Below, one piece after another: positions 1 through 9,847 of a stretch of DNA of 64,000 bases (the first letter of the stretch is position 1; each line of letters opens with the position of its first letter). The DNA is from a bacterium (GTDB lineage Bacteria > Patescibacteriota > Patescibacteriia > SG8-24): the NCBI GenBank assembly GCA_021824285.1, contig JAKAKZ010000001.1, positions 4,096 to 68,095 of the forward strand. Reading direction: 5' to 3'. The position numbers were made by a program, and so were the translations under genes. Under the pieces are notes generated by a model. That model saw only the letters and a list, made by a program, of their open reading frames with translations, was not told the origin of the DNA and did no database searches.

Positions 1-36
1 CATTGAAGATAATTCCTAAGATTACGGCAAGCGTTT

Positions 37-2481
37 TCATTTGCATTCGATGACTTTCATCACCTCGTCGCCGTAGTGGTTGATGGCCTTTACCGCGATC
101 TTGCCGGTGGACGGTTTGGGGAATGGGCGCGAAACCGTCGAACACATGGAATCCCAAGCCTCCTCGGGAATCTCAGCCTTAAGCAGTTTCTTGAATTTAT
201 CGAACGGACAAATATCATTTAGGAAATAGGCGTGCGAGACGAAGAAGCTGCGGCCGTCGTAATTAGTGTCGATGAACCAAGCGGCAAGATCGTCATCGAC
301 CTTACCGGAACCGCTGGAGCGAATTTCGCTCTTCACGGGATCGTACACGTCAACGCCCTTGATCTCGACCACAATCTGCCCCTTCGTCTCCTCGACCCGA
401 ATATCCGGCTCGCCAAAAGCCATGAAGAGGTTACCGCTGCCGGTTTTCTTGAGCAGATCGCCCATTGTGAGGTCTGGATTGATTTTCACTTTCATTACGC
501 GCAACCCATCAATTTCGTTGGGTTCAGAAAGCGCAGCTGCTTCAAAGGAGGTCGCGGCAACAATTAAAAGATTCGCAAACTGCTTAGCCTTGGAAATGGC
601 GGCACGAACGAAGTCGTCGTCGACGCTGCCAAACTCGGGACCGATAGAGACGGCAGCAATCTTCAGCCCGACATCTGTACGAAATTCGCCGCGTGCCTGA
701 AGCTCCGGACCCCCTGGGAGAGTGTCTAGATTTTCGAACTGGATACGCGCCCCTTTGTCGCCGGTCTGCACTCCCGCAACGCGGAGATTGTCAACGATGT
801 TGGCGACATAGTCTTCCGTCGCAAGCATTTGTTGATCGTCACTCACACGATGTGGCGAGAGAGATTCGACCGTAAATGGCCCCGAAACGCGGACGCGATT
901 TTTATCCTCTATGGCTTGGTCGTAAAGAGACTCCTGCTCGGGCGGCTCGTCATTTGCGAGCGATTTCAAAGTCACGTGAGCGGCAGTCTTATACTCAAAG
1001 CCCGCCCGTACGTTATTTTCATCTTTAAGTTTGTAATACTGATACCTCGCACTCATGATACGAGTGCGTGCAAGCGCAAGAGCTACGCGCGATGTGTCCG
1101 TGGTAATCCAACGACGACCCCACTGTTCGGCGACAAAAGCAGTAGTCCCCGAACCACATGTGGGGTCCAGAACAAGATCTCCAAGGTCCGTAGTCATTAA
1201 AACACACCGCTCTATCGCAGAGGATGCCGTCTGAACTACATAAATTTTTCCCTCCGAACGATTTTGTATTCCACCAATATCGGTCCAAATATTTGAAATT
1301 GGAAAAATCGGAAAATCATCCATGAAACGCAAATACCTGAGACGATTGCCCTCAATCACGATGCGACCCTTCTCAGCAAGACGCTTCAGTCCGGCCACTG
1401 TTGTTTTCCAATGAGACCCGGCCGGCGGTTGGTAATCTTTGCCACCGAAGGTAAAAGTCTGATCGGTTGCAGAAGCCCCTTGTGCCGTCAAATCAGACGT
1501 GGTTGCAAGACGGTCCTCATCACCGGCTCGTGAGCTGACTGATCGGATGCTTGAGAGGGGCTTATACTTGGATGCGCCTTCATCTCCGGCGGATTTATCC
1601 TTATATAACTGACGATACTTCAGGTGCCTTATGTCCTTGGCATACCAGATAATATGATCCGCAATGGAAGATAAGGCGTTTCCTGAAAAACCGGTGGTTT
1701 TTGTAAAAACAATTTGCGAGACAAAATTTTCGCTCCCCATCACCTCGTCCATCAAGCACCGCACGAGGTGCACGTTTTCATCATTAATCTGAACAAAACA
1801 CGACCCGCTCTCAGTTAGGAGTTCGCGTGCGGCAATGAGACGGTCACGCAAATACGCCAAGTATGAATGGATTCCCAGCTCCCACGTATCTCGGAATGCC
1901 TTGACCTGTTCCGGCTGACGGACAAAATCCTCAACCCTGTTGTCCTTCACGTCACGCTTCTTCGTCGACACCTGCCAGTTGGAACCAAACTTGATTCCAT
2001 AAGGAGGGTCAATGTAGACGCACTGTACGCGCCCTCGCATCCCCTCCTTCTCAAGTAGCGAATTCATCACCACCAGAGAATCGCCAAGAATCATGCGATT
2101 CTGCCAGTTGTCCTCGTGCGTATAGAAATCAGCCATCTTCTTCGCCTGCTCTGCTGCCGTATCGCCAAACAACGTTGTCTGCAGTTCTGTCTGACCTTCG
2201 TCCTTGAGCCTGGCGATAATTGCTTCCGGAGAAATCTTCTCTTGGACGTAGATCGGCACCGTAGAAACACCGAACTCGCCACCGAGTTCGGCCTTGCCGG
2301 ACCAAGTAAGCTGAGGGTCCAGTGACGGATCATACTCGTAGGTTTTTTTGACCGGACGACGGTCGCGCGGCGAAATCATCTCCGACTCTTCCTGTGTCGG
2401 GATGCGCTTGCGTTTGTCCTCGTGCTTATAAGAAGTGACGGACGCGGCAGATATGGTTGGTGGTGCTTTTTTCCTGGCCAT
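37..2481 (-). CDS. Type III R-M DNA methyltransferase (Mod subunit, amino-MTase beta order)
   Basis: YIDPPYG catalytic motif, later VLDPTCGSGTT SAM-binding motif, C-terminal IAVKAINHYGDEVMKV tail; coupled to upstream Res gene. Confidence 0.9.
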   Translation of the reverse strand: MARKKAPPTISAASVTSYKHEDKRKRIPTQEESEMISPRDRRPVKKTYEYDPSLDPQLTWSGKAELGGEFGVSTVPIYVQEKISPEAIIARLKDEGQTELQTTLFGDTAAEQAKKMADFYTHEDNWQNRMILGDSLVVMNSLLEKEGMRGRVQCVYIDPPYGIKFGSNWQVSTKKRDVKDNRVEDFVRQPEQVKAFRDTWELGIHSYLAYLRDRLIAARELLTESGSCFVQINDENVHLVRCLMDEVMGSENFVSQIVFTKTTGFSGNALSSIADHIIWYAKDIRHLKYRQLYKDKSAGDEGASKYKPLSSIRSVSSRAGDEDRLATTSDLTAQGASATDQTFTFGGKDYQPPAGSHWKTTVAGLKRLAEKGRIVIEGNRLRYLRFMDDFPIFPISNIWTDIGGIQNRSEGKIYVVQTASSAIERCVLMTTDLGDLVLDPTCGSGTTAFVAEQWGRRWITTDTSRVALALARTRIMSARYQYYKLKDENNVRAGFEYKTAAHVTLKSLANDEPPEQESLYDQAIEDKNRVRVSGPFTVESLSPHRVSDDQQMLATEDYVANIVDNLRVAGVQTGDKGARIQFENLDTLPGGPELQARGEFRTDVGLKIAAVSIGPEFGSVDDDFVRAAISKAKQFANLLIVAATSFEAAALSEPNEIDGLRVMKVKINPDLTMGDLLKKTGSGNLFMAFGEPDIRVEETKGQIVVEIKGVDVYDPVKSEIRSSGSGKVDDDLAAWFIDTNYDGRSFFVSHAYFLNDICPFDKFKKLLKAEIPEEAWDSMCSTVSRPFPKPSTGKIAVKAINHYGDEVMKVIECK

Positions 2482-2486
2482 ATTAC

Positions 2487-5447
2487 TTAATGGTTCTCAA
2501 AGCCGTTCTTAATGCCCGCACGGATCAATCCTTCGGTCTCGTGAATGTCCTGCACCTCAAGAAACGCCCACTTGCCGAACCCGCCATGGTTATTGACGGA
2601 TGGAACCCAAAGCTCACGAGCGGTCTTGGTCTTCAACGACTTCTTGTCATCCTTCTTTCCGGTCACCTCAATAAGCAGATTCAATGGCTCTTTCCCGCCC
2701 ACGTCGAGTCGCACGATGAAGTCCGGGATGTAGGCCCGCTCGATGCCCTTGTGCTCATACGGAATGGTGAACCCGAGGTTCTGGTTCTTCACGTAGGAAA
2801 TGACCTCCGGCATCATCTCAAGCTTCTTGGCGACCCCCTGCTCCCATTCTATGGTGTCCGCGACCACGTAATTCACATGGCTTTTGACGGTATCACTGAC
2901 TGGTTTCACCGTGAGGAAATCCACATGACGGGTCGATCCGACCTTATCGAACTGCGCCAGCACGGGCAGCACCTTCCGCTTGCCCTCCTGCGTAATGTTC
3001 TCCTGTACAATCGCTTGTTGGATCTTCGTGAGTGCACCGGCGTAGTATTCCCCAATCGTGAGGTAACCGATGACCATGCGGTCCTTTAGTTTGACCTGGG
3101 TTTTGACGTATTCCTCGACTATTTTCCTCAACTGAGGGAAAAGCCAATACTTGGAATCGCCCTCGGCGTCCGTGTAATACCTTCGAAGCAGCCCTTCTGT
3201 CAAACGCGTGACGACTTCGCCCTCGCGGCGCTCCTTGATTTTCTCAAGGCTCTCTACGACCTCCTCGCCGATGGCCCCTTCGCTGCGGACCTCGGTAGGC
3301 TCGTTCTCAATGACCGTCCGAGACTCTTCGGTGAACGTCGCTCCGAGCTTCTTCTCGTCAATCTCGTAACGGTATCCCTCGACGCGCGGGAAGGAAATCT
3401 CGTACTGCTCCCCCCGGTCGTCAAGGGAATGCACTCGATAGATGACCTTCGGTGGCTTCGGCTTGACGTCCCCGGTCGGGCGCAAGAAGCTGAACGGCAC
3501 CCCGTAGACTTCGGCGTATTCGGGCGAGAGCAGGCCGTTCTCCTCGACGTCATAGTCGACGCGCCGCAGGGCACGGCCGACCACCTGCTCGCAGAGCAGT
3601 TGCGTGGTGAAGGCCCGGATGCCCAGCACATGCGTGACGGTGTTCACGTCCCAACCCTCGGTGAGCATGGAGACGCTGACCACACACTTGATGTTCTCAC
3701 CGAGTTTGCCGGGCTTGCCGACGGTGTTCATGACCTCACGGAGGATTTCCTCGTTGCTCGGCTCGTCGCGACCTGCGTAACGGCGCATGTATTCCTTCTT
3801 AAAATCGTCGACCTCGGACGCGAAGATCCGGATGAACTCGTCATCGATCTTTTCGCCGCTCTCGAGCTGGGCGCTGTCGATGATGAGCGTGTTGGCCTTC
3901 TTGAGCATCTCGTGGCCGTCCTCATTGCGGAAAATGTCGAGGTTGCCCTTTTCGAGCCGGATCGCGCCGGTCGGCGTCTCGCGTTCATATCCGGCAATCC
4001 ACTTGTAGACCATCTCGGAAACAGTGGTGTTGTTGCAGACCACGATCATGACCGGCGGCATGACGGCGGGATTTTTCGTTTTCTCTTCGGCGTATCGGGC
4101 GTAATACTTTTCGTAGTTGCCGTAGAGCGAAAGGAGCGCCTCGTGGAGCTTGGTCGGGAGACTGATCTGCTCCTTGTCGAGGTTGTAACCGCCTGTTTTC
4201 TTGCCCTTTTTCGGGAGCTCGTCGCGCACGTGCAGCCAAAGATTCCTGAACTCCGGTTCATCCGTGATCGCGTCGGATTCGACCGGCAGACGCGGGATTT
4301 TGACGATCCCGCATTCGAGCGCGTCGAGGAGCGAAAAGTCGGAAACGACCCACGGGAACAGCTCGCCTTCCTGATAGCCGGAGCCGCTCAAGAAGTACGG
4401 CGTCGCCGACAGGTCGATGACGGCGTTGACGTCCATCTTTTCGGCAAGCGCCTTGACGCCGCTGATCCAGACCTTGGCATTCTTGTTGTTCTCGTCGGCC
4501 TCCTTCCTCTCCTCCACGGCCAGCTTCTCCTCAGTCGGCTTCTGCTGATAGCAGTGGTGCGCTTCATCATTGATTACTAGCACGCGCTTCTTGTTGAGCA
4601 GGCTCTTGAAGGCCCGATTCACCATCGCGCTCGGAGACTCCTTGGTCGCCTCTTCCTTCATCAATCCGGCGGCCTTGAGCGTCGCGCCAACCTGAAACCG
4701 CTGGAGCTGGAGACGTTCAAGCTTGTGAAAGTTGATGATCAGGACGTTCGCCTTCTGGAGCAGCTCGAAATCGTGATGCGACACGATGTCCCGCTTGCGG
4801 TAATAGTTTTCGGGACTGTTGGGCTGAAGGACGCTCAGGCGGTCGCGGATGGTGATGCCGGGAGCGATGATGGCGAAAGCGTCCGTGAAACGCGTATCCT
4901 GCGGATACTTGATCTTGTTGATGGTGTTGTAGGCGATGATCATCGCCATCACTACCGTCTTGCCGGAGCCGGTCGCCATCTTGAAGGCGAGGCGGTAAAG
5001 GCCTGGGTTGGCGTCGCCGTTGACCCGCCGCAAATCGTTCACCGCCCAAGCGTCGCCGTTCTTCTCGGCGACCTCGTTGATCCACATCAAGGTCTCAAGA
5101 GCCTCGACTTGGCAGAAGAAAAGCTTGTTCTCACGCGTATCGTCCTGCCAATAGGCAAGGAGGTCGCGGGAGGCTTTGGTCAGTCCGGGGTACCCCTTCT
5201 GCCGCCACGTGGCGATGCGGACGCGGATCTTGTTGACGAAGTCGTTCTCCTTCTGGAGCTCGGCACCGTATGCTCCTTCCGCCAAGTTCTGCTCGGCCTG
5301 TTTCTTGGCGGTCTTGGCCTTCGGAACTGGAATATAGAAGGCGCTCGGCCGCCGGCCCTCAACTGTCTGATCGGTAAGACCGCGCTCGTTAGAGCTGAAA
5401 TACCTATCCGGCACCTTATAAGGTGAGTTTAGGACTGGGCTTTCCAT
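2487..5447 (-). CDS. Type III restriction endonuclease Res subunit (SF2 helicase + PD-(D/E)xK nuclease)
   Basis: KMATGSGKT Walker A, INDEAHHCY, LSATP, MLTEGWD, QVVGRALRR, C-terminal YIPDF...LIEVTG. Confidence 0.9.
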   Translation of the reverse strand: MESPVLNSPYKVPDRYFSSNERGLTDQTVEGRRPSAFYIPVPKAKTAKKQAEQNLAEGAYGAELQKENDFVNKIRVRIATWRQKGYPGLTKASRDLLAYWQDDTRENKLFFCQVEALETLMWINEVAEKNGDAWAVNDLRRVNGDANPGLYRLAFKMATGSGKTVVMAMIIAYNTINKIKYPQDTRFTDAFAIIAPGITIRDRLSVLQPNSPENYYRKRDIVSHHDFELLQKANVLIINFHKLERLQLQRFQVGATLKAAGLMKEEATKESPSAMVNRAFKSLLNKKRVLVINDEAHHCYQQKPTEEKLAVEERKEADENNKNAKVWISGVKALAEKMDVNAVIDLSATPYFLSGSGYQEGELFPWVVSDFSLLDALECGIVKIPRLPVESDAITDEPEFRNLWLHVRDELPKKGKKTGGYNLDKEQISLPTKLHEALLSLYGNYEKYYARYAEEKTKNPAVMPPVMIVVCNNTTVSEMVYKWIAGYERETPTGAIRLEKGNLDIFRNEDGHEMLKKANTLIIDSAQLESGEKIDDEFIRIFASEVDDFKKEYMRRYAGRDEPSNEEILREVMNTVGKPGKLGENIKCVVSVSMLTEGWDVNTVTHVLGIRAFTTQLLCEQVVGRALRRVDYDVEENGLLSPEYAEVYGVPFSFLRPTGDVKPKPPKVIYRVHSLDDRGEQYEISFPRVEGYRYEIDEKKLGATFTEESRTVIENEPTEVRSEGAIGEEVVESLEKIKERREGEVVTRLTEGLLRRYYTDAEGDSKYWLFPQLRKIVEEYVKTQVKLKDRMVIGYLTIGEYYAGALTKIQQAIVQENITQEGKRKVLPVLAQFDKVGSTRHVDFLTVKPVSDTVKSHVNYVVADTIEWEQGVAKKLEMMPEVISYVKNQNLGFTIPYEHKGIERAYIPDFIVRLDVGGKEPLNLLIEVTGKKDDKKSLKTKTARELWVPSVNNHGGFGKWAFLEVQDIHETEGLIRAGIKNGFENH

Positions 5448-5524
5448 GGTGTTTGGCGTGGCGTGAATGGGACTCTAATCTGGATTATTTTATCACAGTT
5501 CCGTTACAATAATATAGTTCACCT

Positions 5525-6199
5525 ATGACAAGTTCCCCCGAGGCGAAAACTGCGGCTGTCCTCCAGCTCATAAACGACCGAATTGTCGTTACTGACAGCG
5601 AAAAAATCGCCGTGTTTGTCGGTGATTTTGTCGATGCCGGAGACAAGATCACGACTGGGGATGCAGCAGCCATCCTGAACCGCCTCCAAAAAAACGGTGC
5701 AATCCGCATACTGGAAATCGGCACTCGGTCCAATTCGGACGGCGGATACACCCTTGAGAATATGCTGCATAAGGGGTTGTTTACTTACCAAGGACCGAGC
5801 TACAACCTCGAGCGTGTCGACCGTAACCGCCTAAATGCCGATAACCTGATTACGTTCCGGGTAGAGCCGAACTTTTTGGAGATTTGCACCACTAGTGACA
5901 GTGCACGCAAGATAATTCTTGCCGGGCAAGGCGTTCGCGAGATGGAAGACCATCTCAAATCGAACCCGATGACGTGGTCCTGCCCAATCGACCGGTCCAA
6001 CGTGGCTCTTCTACTAAAACCGGAGGAATCCATCGCGACCTGGATGGACAAATTCGCTCGTGGCGAATATGGCCACTGCAAAGACCGTCGGCATCCGAAC
6101 CGTTTCTGGATTGAAGACGGCAAAATCCGCTTCGGCACCGTATCAATCCCGGTGACCGAAGCCCTGCCTGTGAAGAAAAAAATTGACGACCACGCATGA
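5525..6199 (+). CDS. Hypothetical protein (possible winged-helix N-terminus)
   Basis: 224-aa ORF filling the gap divergent from Res; no family recognised. Confidence 0.6.
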   Translation: MTSSPEAKTAAVLQLINDRIVVTDSEKIAVFVGDFVDAGDKITTGDAAAILNRLQKNGAIRILEIGTRSNSDGGYTLENMLHKGLFTYQGPSYNLERVDRNRLNADNLITFRVEPNFLEICTTSDSARKIILAGQGVREMEDHLKSNPMTWSCPIDRSNVALLLKPEESIATWMDKFARGEYGHCKDRRHPNRFWIEDGKIRFGTVSIPVTEALPVKKKIDDHA

Positions 6200-6211
6200 G
6201 ACCGTTATAAT
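6183..6211 (+). promoter_or_regulatory. Sigma70-type promoter
   Basis: TTGACG (6183-6188), 17-nt spacer, TATAAT (6206-6211). Confidence 0.75.
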
Positions 6212-6217
6212 GTCTTT

Positions 6218-6437
6218 GAACATTGAAAGCTAACCTTCGATTCTGGCCGGACTTACCTGTATAGGTGAGCGGCCGCGAGTCGGGTTATCGCGCGTCATCG
6301 AACCAGCGGACCTGTGCGCCGCTGAACCGAGAGCCGAGATAACAGAGTATCGGGCGTTCTACGCCGCTGGTATTTTGTTATTTCGGCTTTTGTCGTTATA
6401 GCCAAGCCAGCCACCGAACATCCGGACTGGCTTTTTT
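6218..6437 (+). ncRNA. Candidate structured leader/ncRNA ending in a terminator-like hairpin
   Basis: Follows the consensus promoter; several hairpins including a 22-bp G-U-rich stem (6330-6351 with 6369-6390); AAGCCAG...CTGGCTT followed by a T-run at 6404-6437. Confidence 0.45.
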
Positions 6438-6461
6438 GTCTTAATGATTATGTCGATATTT

Positions 6462-7796
6462 ATGAAACCACTCGAATGGCACAACGAAAAACGCAAGGCG
6501 CAGGACATTCTGCCTTGGCCTGGAAATCCTCGTAAACTCACGGACGAACAGGCGGAGCAGCTAAAGAAATCATTGGAAAAATTCAACTTGGTCGAGATTC
6601 CAGCCATCGACACCGATAACCGGCTGATTGCTGGTCACCAGAGGGTCAAAATCCTGCTGGCGTTGGGACGGGGCGGCGAGGAGATCGACGTGCGTGTGCC
6701 GAACCGGAAACTCACCAAGGAAGAGTTCGAGGAATACAACGTGCGCAGCAACCTGACAACCGGGGAATGGGACTTCGACGCGCTTGGCGAACTCGATGAG
6801 ACTTTCCTGTCCGATGTCGGATTTAGCTCCGAAGAGTTGGACCGGATTTTCGGCGAGGACGAAACGCCTGATGTCTTCGACCTTCAGAAGGAACTGAAAA
6901 AACTGGACATCAAGGAGGTCGAGATCAAGAAGGGCGATGTGTGGGCGCTCGGCGAGAGCCAAATGATGTGCGGCGACTCGACTGTCGAGGCGGATTTCCA
7001 GAAGCTCATGGGCGGCGAAAAGGCCGACATGTGTTTAACCGACCCGCCGTACATCCTGGACTACCTGCACGGGAAGACCCGGCATGGCAAGGCGACGGAG
7101 GGGTTCGGATACAAGCGCGACCGCCGGTACCTCGAGACGGAGTCCCTGCCGGACAACTTCACCGAGCTCTGGATGAGCAACGTCGCGGCGGCGGCGAAGC
7201 CGGACTTCTCCATCATCGTGTACGAGAACTGGAAGAACATCCGGACAATCTGGGGCGAGATGGAGAAGCGCTGGAAGGTGAAGAACATGATCGTCTGGCA
7301 CCTAGAGAACCGGCATCAGGGCTTCTCATCCAAGTACCGCTTCTTCAACAAGCACGACATCGCGATGGTGGGAGCGTCTGGCGACGTGCCGTACAACCAC
7401 GACGCGGAGGAGGCTCCGCTCCAGGAGGAGTACGAGACGGCCCTCTACGCCATAAGCGGCAAGCCGAACTGGGAGAAGTACGAGAAGGGCAAGAAAAACT
7501 GCCCGACCGACTTCATCGAGTTCCGCGCCTCCGACGCGAAGCATTCCGGCCAAGGCGTCGTCTTCGGGACGAAGCCGACCGAGATCCTGGTCCCCTACGT
7601 CAAGGTCCTCACGAGGCGCGGCGACCTGATCGTCGAGCCGTTCGGCGGCAGCGGAAGCACCCTGATGGCCGCGACCAAGATGAAGCGGCGCTGCTTCCTG
7701 ATGGAGAAGAGCCCGGTGTACGCCGAGGTCATCCGGAAACGCTGGGAGAAGCTCACCGGCCTCAAGGCCGAACGCGTCGCCTATGCCGGCCGATAA
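6462..7796 (+). CDS. Phage-type DNA methyltransferase with N-terminal ParB/Srx-like domain
   Basis: PWPGNPR...LIAGHQR ParB-like N-terminus; TDPPY and VEPFGGSGST motifs; alternative starts at 6444/6450. Confidence 0.85.
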   Translation: MKPLEWHNEKRKAQDILPWPGNPRKLTDEQAEQLKKSLEKFNLVEIPAIDTDNRLIAGHQRVKILLALGRGGEEIDVRVPNRKLTKEEFEEYNVRSNLTTGEWDFDALGELDETFLSDVGFSSEELDRIFGEDETPDVFDLQKELKKLDIKEVEIKKGDVWALGESQMMCGDSTVEADFQKLMGGEKADMCLTDPPYILDYLHGKTRHGKATEGFGYKRDRRYLETESLPDNFTELWMSNVAAAAKPDFSIIVYENWKNIRTIWGEMEKRWKVKNMIVWHLENRHQGFSSKYRFFNKHDIAMVGASGDVPYNHDAEEAPLQEEYETALYAISGKPNWEKYEKGKKNCPTDFIEFRASDAKHSGQGVVFGTKPTEILVPYVKVLTRRGDLIVEPFGGSGSTLMAATKMKRRCFLMEKSPVYAEVIRKRWEKLTGLKAERVAYAGR

Positions 7797-8259
7797 GCGC
7801 GGCGTCGTCGAGATCCGCCAGGACAAGCAGAAGGAGGTGCTGGTCGAGGAGCTGCGGAAGCGACCGATCGTCCAGAGCGCCTGCCAGAAGGTCGGCATCG
7901 GCCGGGCCTCGTACTACCGCTGGCGCAAGGAGGACCCCGGCTTCGCGGCGGCGGTCGACGAGGCGGTCGAGTCCGGAGTCGGCCTCGTGAACGACGTGGC
8001 GGAGACCCAGCTCATGACGGCCATCCGCGAAGGGAACATGACCGCCGTCGTCTTCTGGCTGAAGCACCACCACCGCTCGTACGCGACGCGAGTCGAGCTG
8101 TCGATGCCGGAAAAGCGGCCGGAGCTCGACCTCACGCCCGAACAGGCCGAACTGATCAGGAAGTCCGTCGCGATGCTCTCGACCGAGCCGGACTCCCCTG
8201 CCCCCGCCTCGGCCGCAGACGCCACGCAAGCGCCGACACCTAAGCCCGTAACCAAATGA
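7783..8259 (+). CDS. HTH protein, terminase small subunit-like
   Basis: IVQSACQKVGIGRASYYRWRKED HTH and GNMTAVVFWLK motif; immediately upstream of large terminase. Confidence 0.7.
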   Translation: MPADKRGVVEIRQDKQKEVLVEELRKRPIVQSACQKVGIGRASYYRWRKEDPGFAAAVDEAVESGVGLVNDVAETQLMTAIREGNMTAVVFWLKHHHRSYATRVELSMPEKRPELDLTPEQAELIRKSVAMLSTEPDSPAPASAADATQAPTPKPVTK

Positions 8260-8263
8260 ACAC

Positions 8264-9754
8264 ATGGAAAACAAAAGACCCGAATCGTTCGACGAAACGA
8301 TCGCCAGGCTCAAGACGGACCGCGACTTCCGCATCCGGCTCACGGCATTCAGCCATCAATGGTTCTTCATGACCTACTTCCGGGACCACGTCACCTATCC
8401 GCTCGCCGACCTCCACCGCGAGATCTTCCGGATGACGCAGGACCCTCCCACGCCGCTCATCACGGTCGTCGCCTTCCGCTCGTCTGGGAAGTCGACGGTG
8501 CTCTCCCTCTCCTACCCCATCTGGGCGGCGCTGTCCGGACGGAAGAAGTTCATCCTCATCGTGAGCAAGACGGAATCCCAGGTGAAGCAGATAATGTACA
8601 ACATCAAGGCGGAGCTCGAGGGGAACCAGCAGCTGATATCGGACTTCGGGCCGTTCAACACGGGCGACGTCTGGAACGAGCTGTCCCTCGTCCTGCCGCA
8701 GCACGCCGTCCGCATCGTCGGCGTCTCCGCCGAGCATTCCCTGCGCGGCCTCAAGCACCGCTCGCACCGGCCCGACCTCGTCATCATCGACGACGTGGAG
8801 GACATGGAGTCGGTGCGATCCGGCGAGGTCCGCGACAAGCGCTACCGATGGCTGAAGTCGGAGGTCATCCCGGCGGGCGGCGAGTCCTGCCAAATCTGGG
8901 TCGTGGGGAACCTCCTCCACGAGGACTCGCTCGTCTCGCGGCTCCGGAGCGAGATCGAGAACAGGGAGATCGTGGGCACGTACCGGGAGTACCCGATCGT
9001 CGTCGGCGGGGTGCCGACGTGGCCGGGCCGGTTCCCGAGCGCCGCGGCGGTCGAGGAGCTGCGCATGAAGATCGGCGACGACAGGGCGTTCAAGCGGGAA
9101 TACCTCCTGCAGATCACGCCGGAGGCGGACCAGGTGGTCGACCAGAGCTGGCTCCGCTACTACGACAAGCTGCCGGACGCGGACGGGAAACGCCCGGGAG
9201 ACGGGTGGGAGCTCGACTTCGTCGCGACCGGCGTCGACCCGGCCATCTCGCTGAGGGAATCGGCCGACTTCACCGCCATGGTGTCGGCGGCCGTCTACAG
9301 CCGGATCAGGAGGGACAACCTGGGCAACCACTTCTACACCGACCACCACATCTATATCCTGCCGGTCGTCACGAACGCGCACCTGTCGGTAAACGGCATC
9401 ATCGAGAGGGCGAAAGTCACGGCGCAGATCTGCGCGCGGCCGGGCCACACGCACCGGTTCTTCGTCGAGGACGTCGCCTTCCAGAAGGCGCTGATCGACA
9501 CGATGCACGGCGCGAACCTGTACGTAAAAGGAGTGAAGACCGACGGGATGGACAAGCGGTCGCGCCTGATGATTGCCGCGCGCGGGATGGAGACCGGCAA
9601 GGTGTTCTTCCCGCGCACCGGGGCGGAGGAAGTCATCCGGCAGATCGTCGGATTCGGCGCGGAACGGCACGACGACCTCGCCGACGCCTTCTCGACCCTC
9701 GTCCGGCAGGCGGACTATACCGCCACCCACCACCCGAACATATACGTCTTCTGA
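8264..9754 (+). CDS. Terminase large subunit-like ATPase/nuclease
   Basis: AFRSSGKST Walker A, RG...RPDLVIIDDVE Walker B, RNase H-like GVDPAIS...DFTA...VEDVAFQ...HDDLADA. Confidence 0.85.
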   Translation: MENKRPESFDETIARLKTDRDFRIRLTAFSHQWFFMTYFRDHVTYPLADLHREIFRMTQDPPTPLITVVAFRSSGKSTVLSLSYPIWAALSGRKKFILIVSKTESQVKQIMYNIKAELEGNQQLISDFGPFNTGDVWNELSLVLPQHAVRIVGVSAEHSLRGLKHRSHRPDLVIIDDVEDMESVRSGEVRDKRYRWLKSEVIPAGGESCQIWVVGNLLHEDSLVSRLRSEIENREIVGTYREYPIVVGGVPTWPGRFPSAAAVEELRMKIGDDRAFKREYLLQITPEADQVVDQSWLRYYDKLPDADGKRPGDGWELDFVATGVDPAISLRESADFTAMVSAAVYSRIRRDNLGNHFYTDHHIYILPVVTNAHLSVNGIIERAKVTAQICARPGHTHRFFVEDVAFQKALIDTMHGANLYVKGVKTDGMDKRSRLMIAARGMETGKVFFPRTGAEEVIRQIVGFGAERHDDLADAFSTLVRQADYTATHHPNIYVF

Positions 9755-9847
9755 AGGGCTTAAAGGGCGGCCTGGACTGTTCCGGTCGGTGGCGACATTG
9801 ATGTCCTGCATGCCCCGATAAGGGGCTGTAAGGGCAAATTCAAGGCT

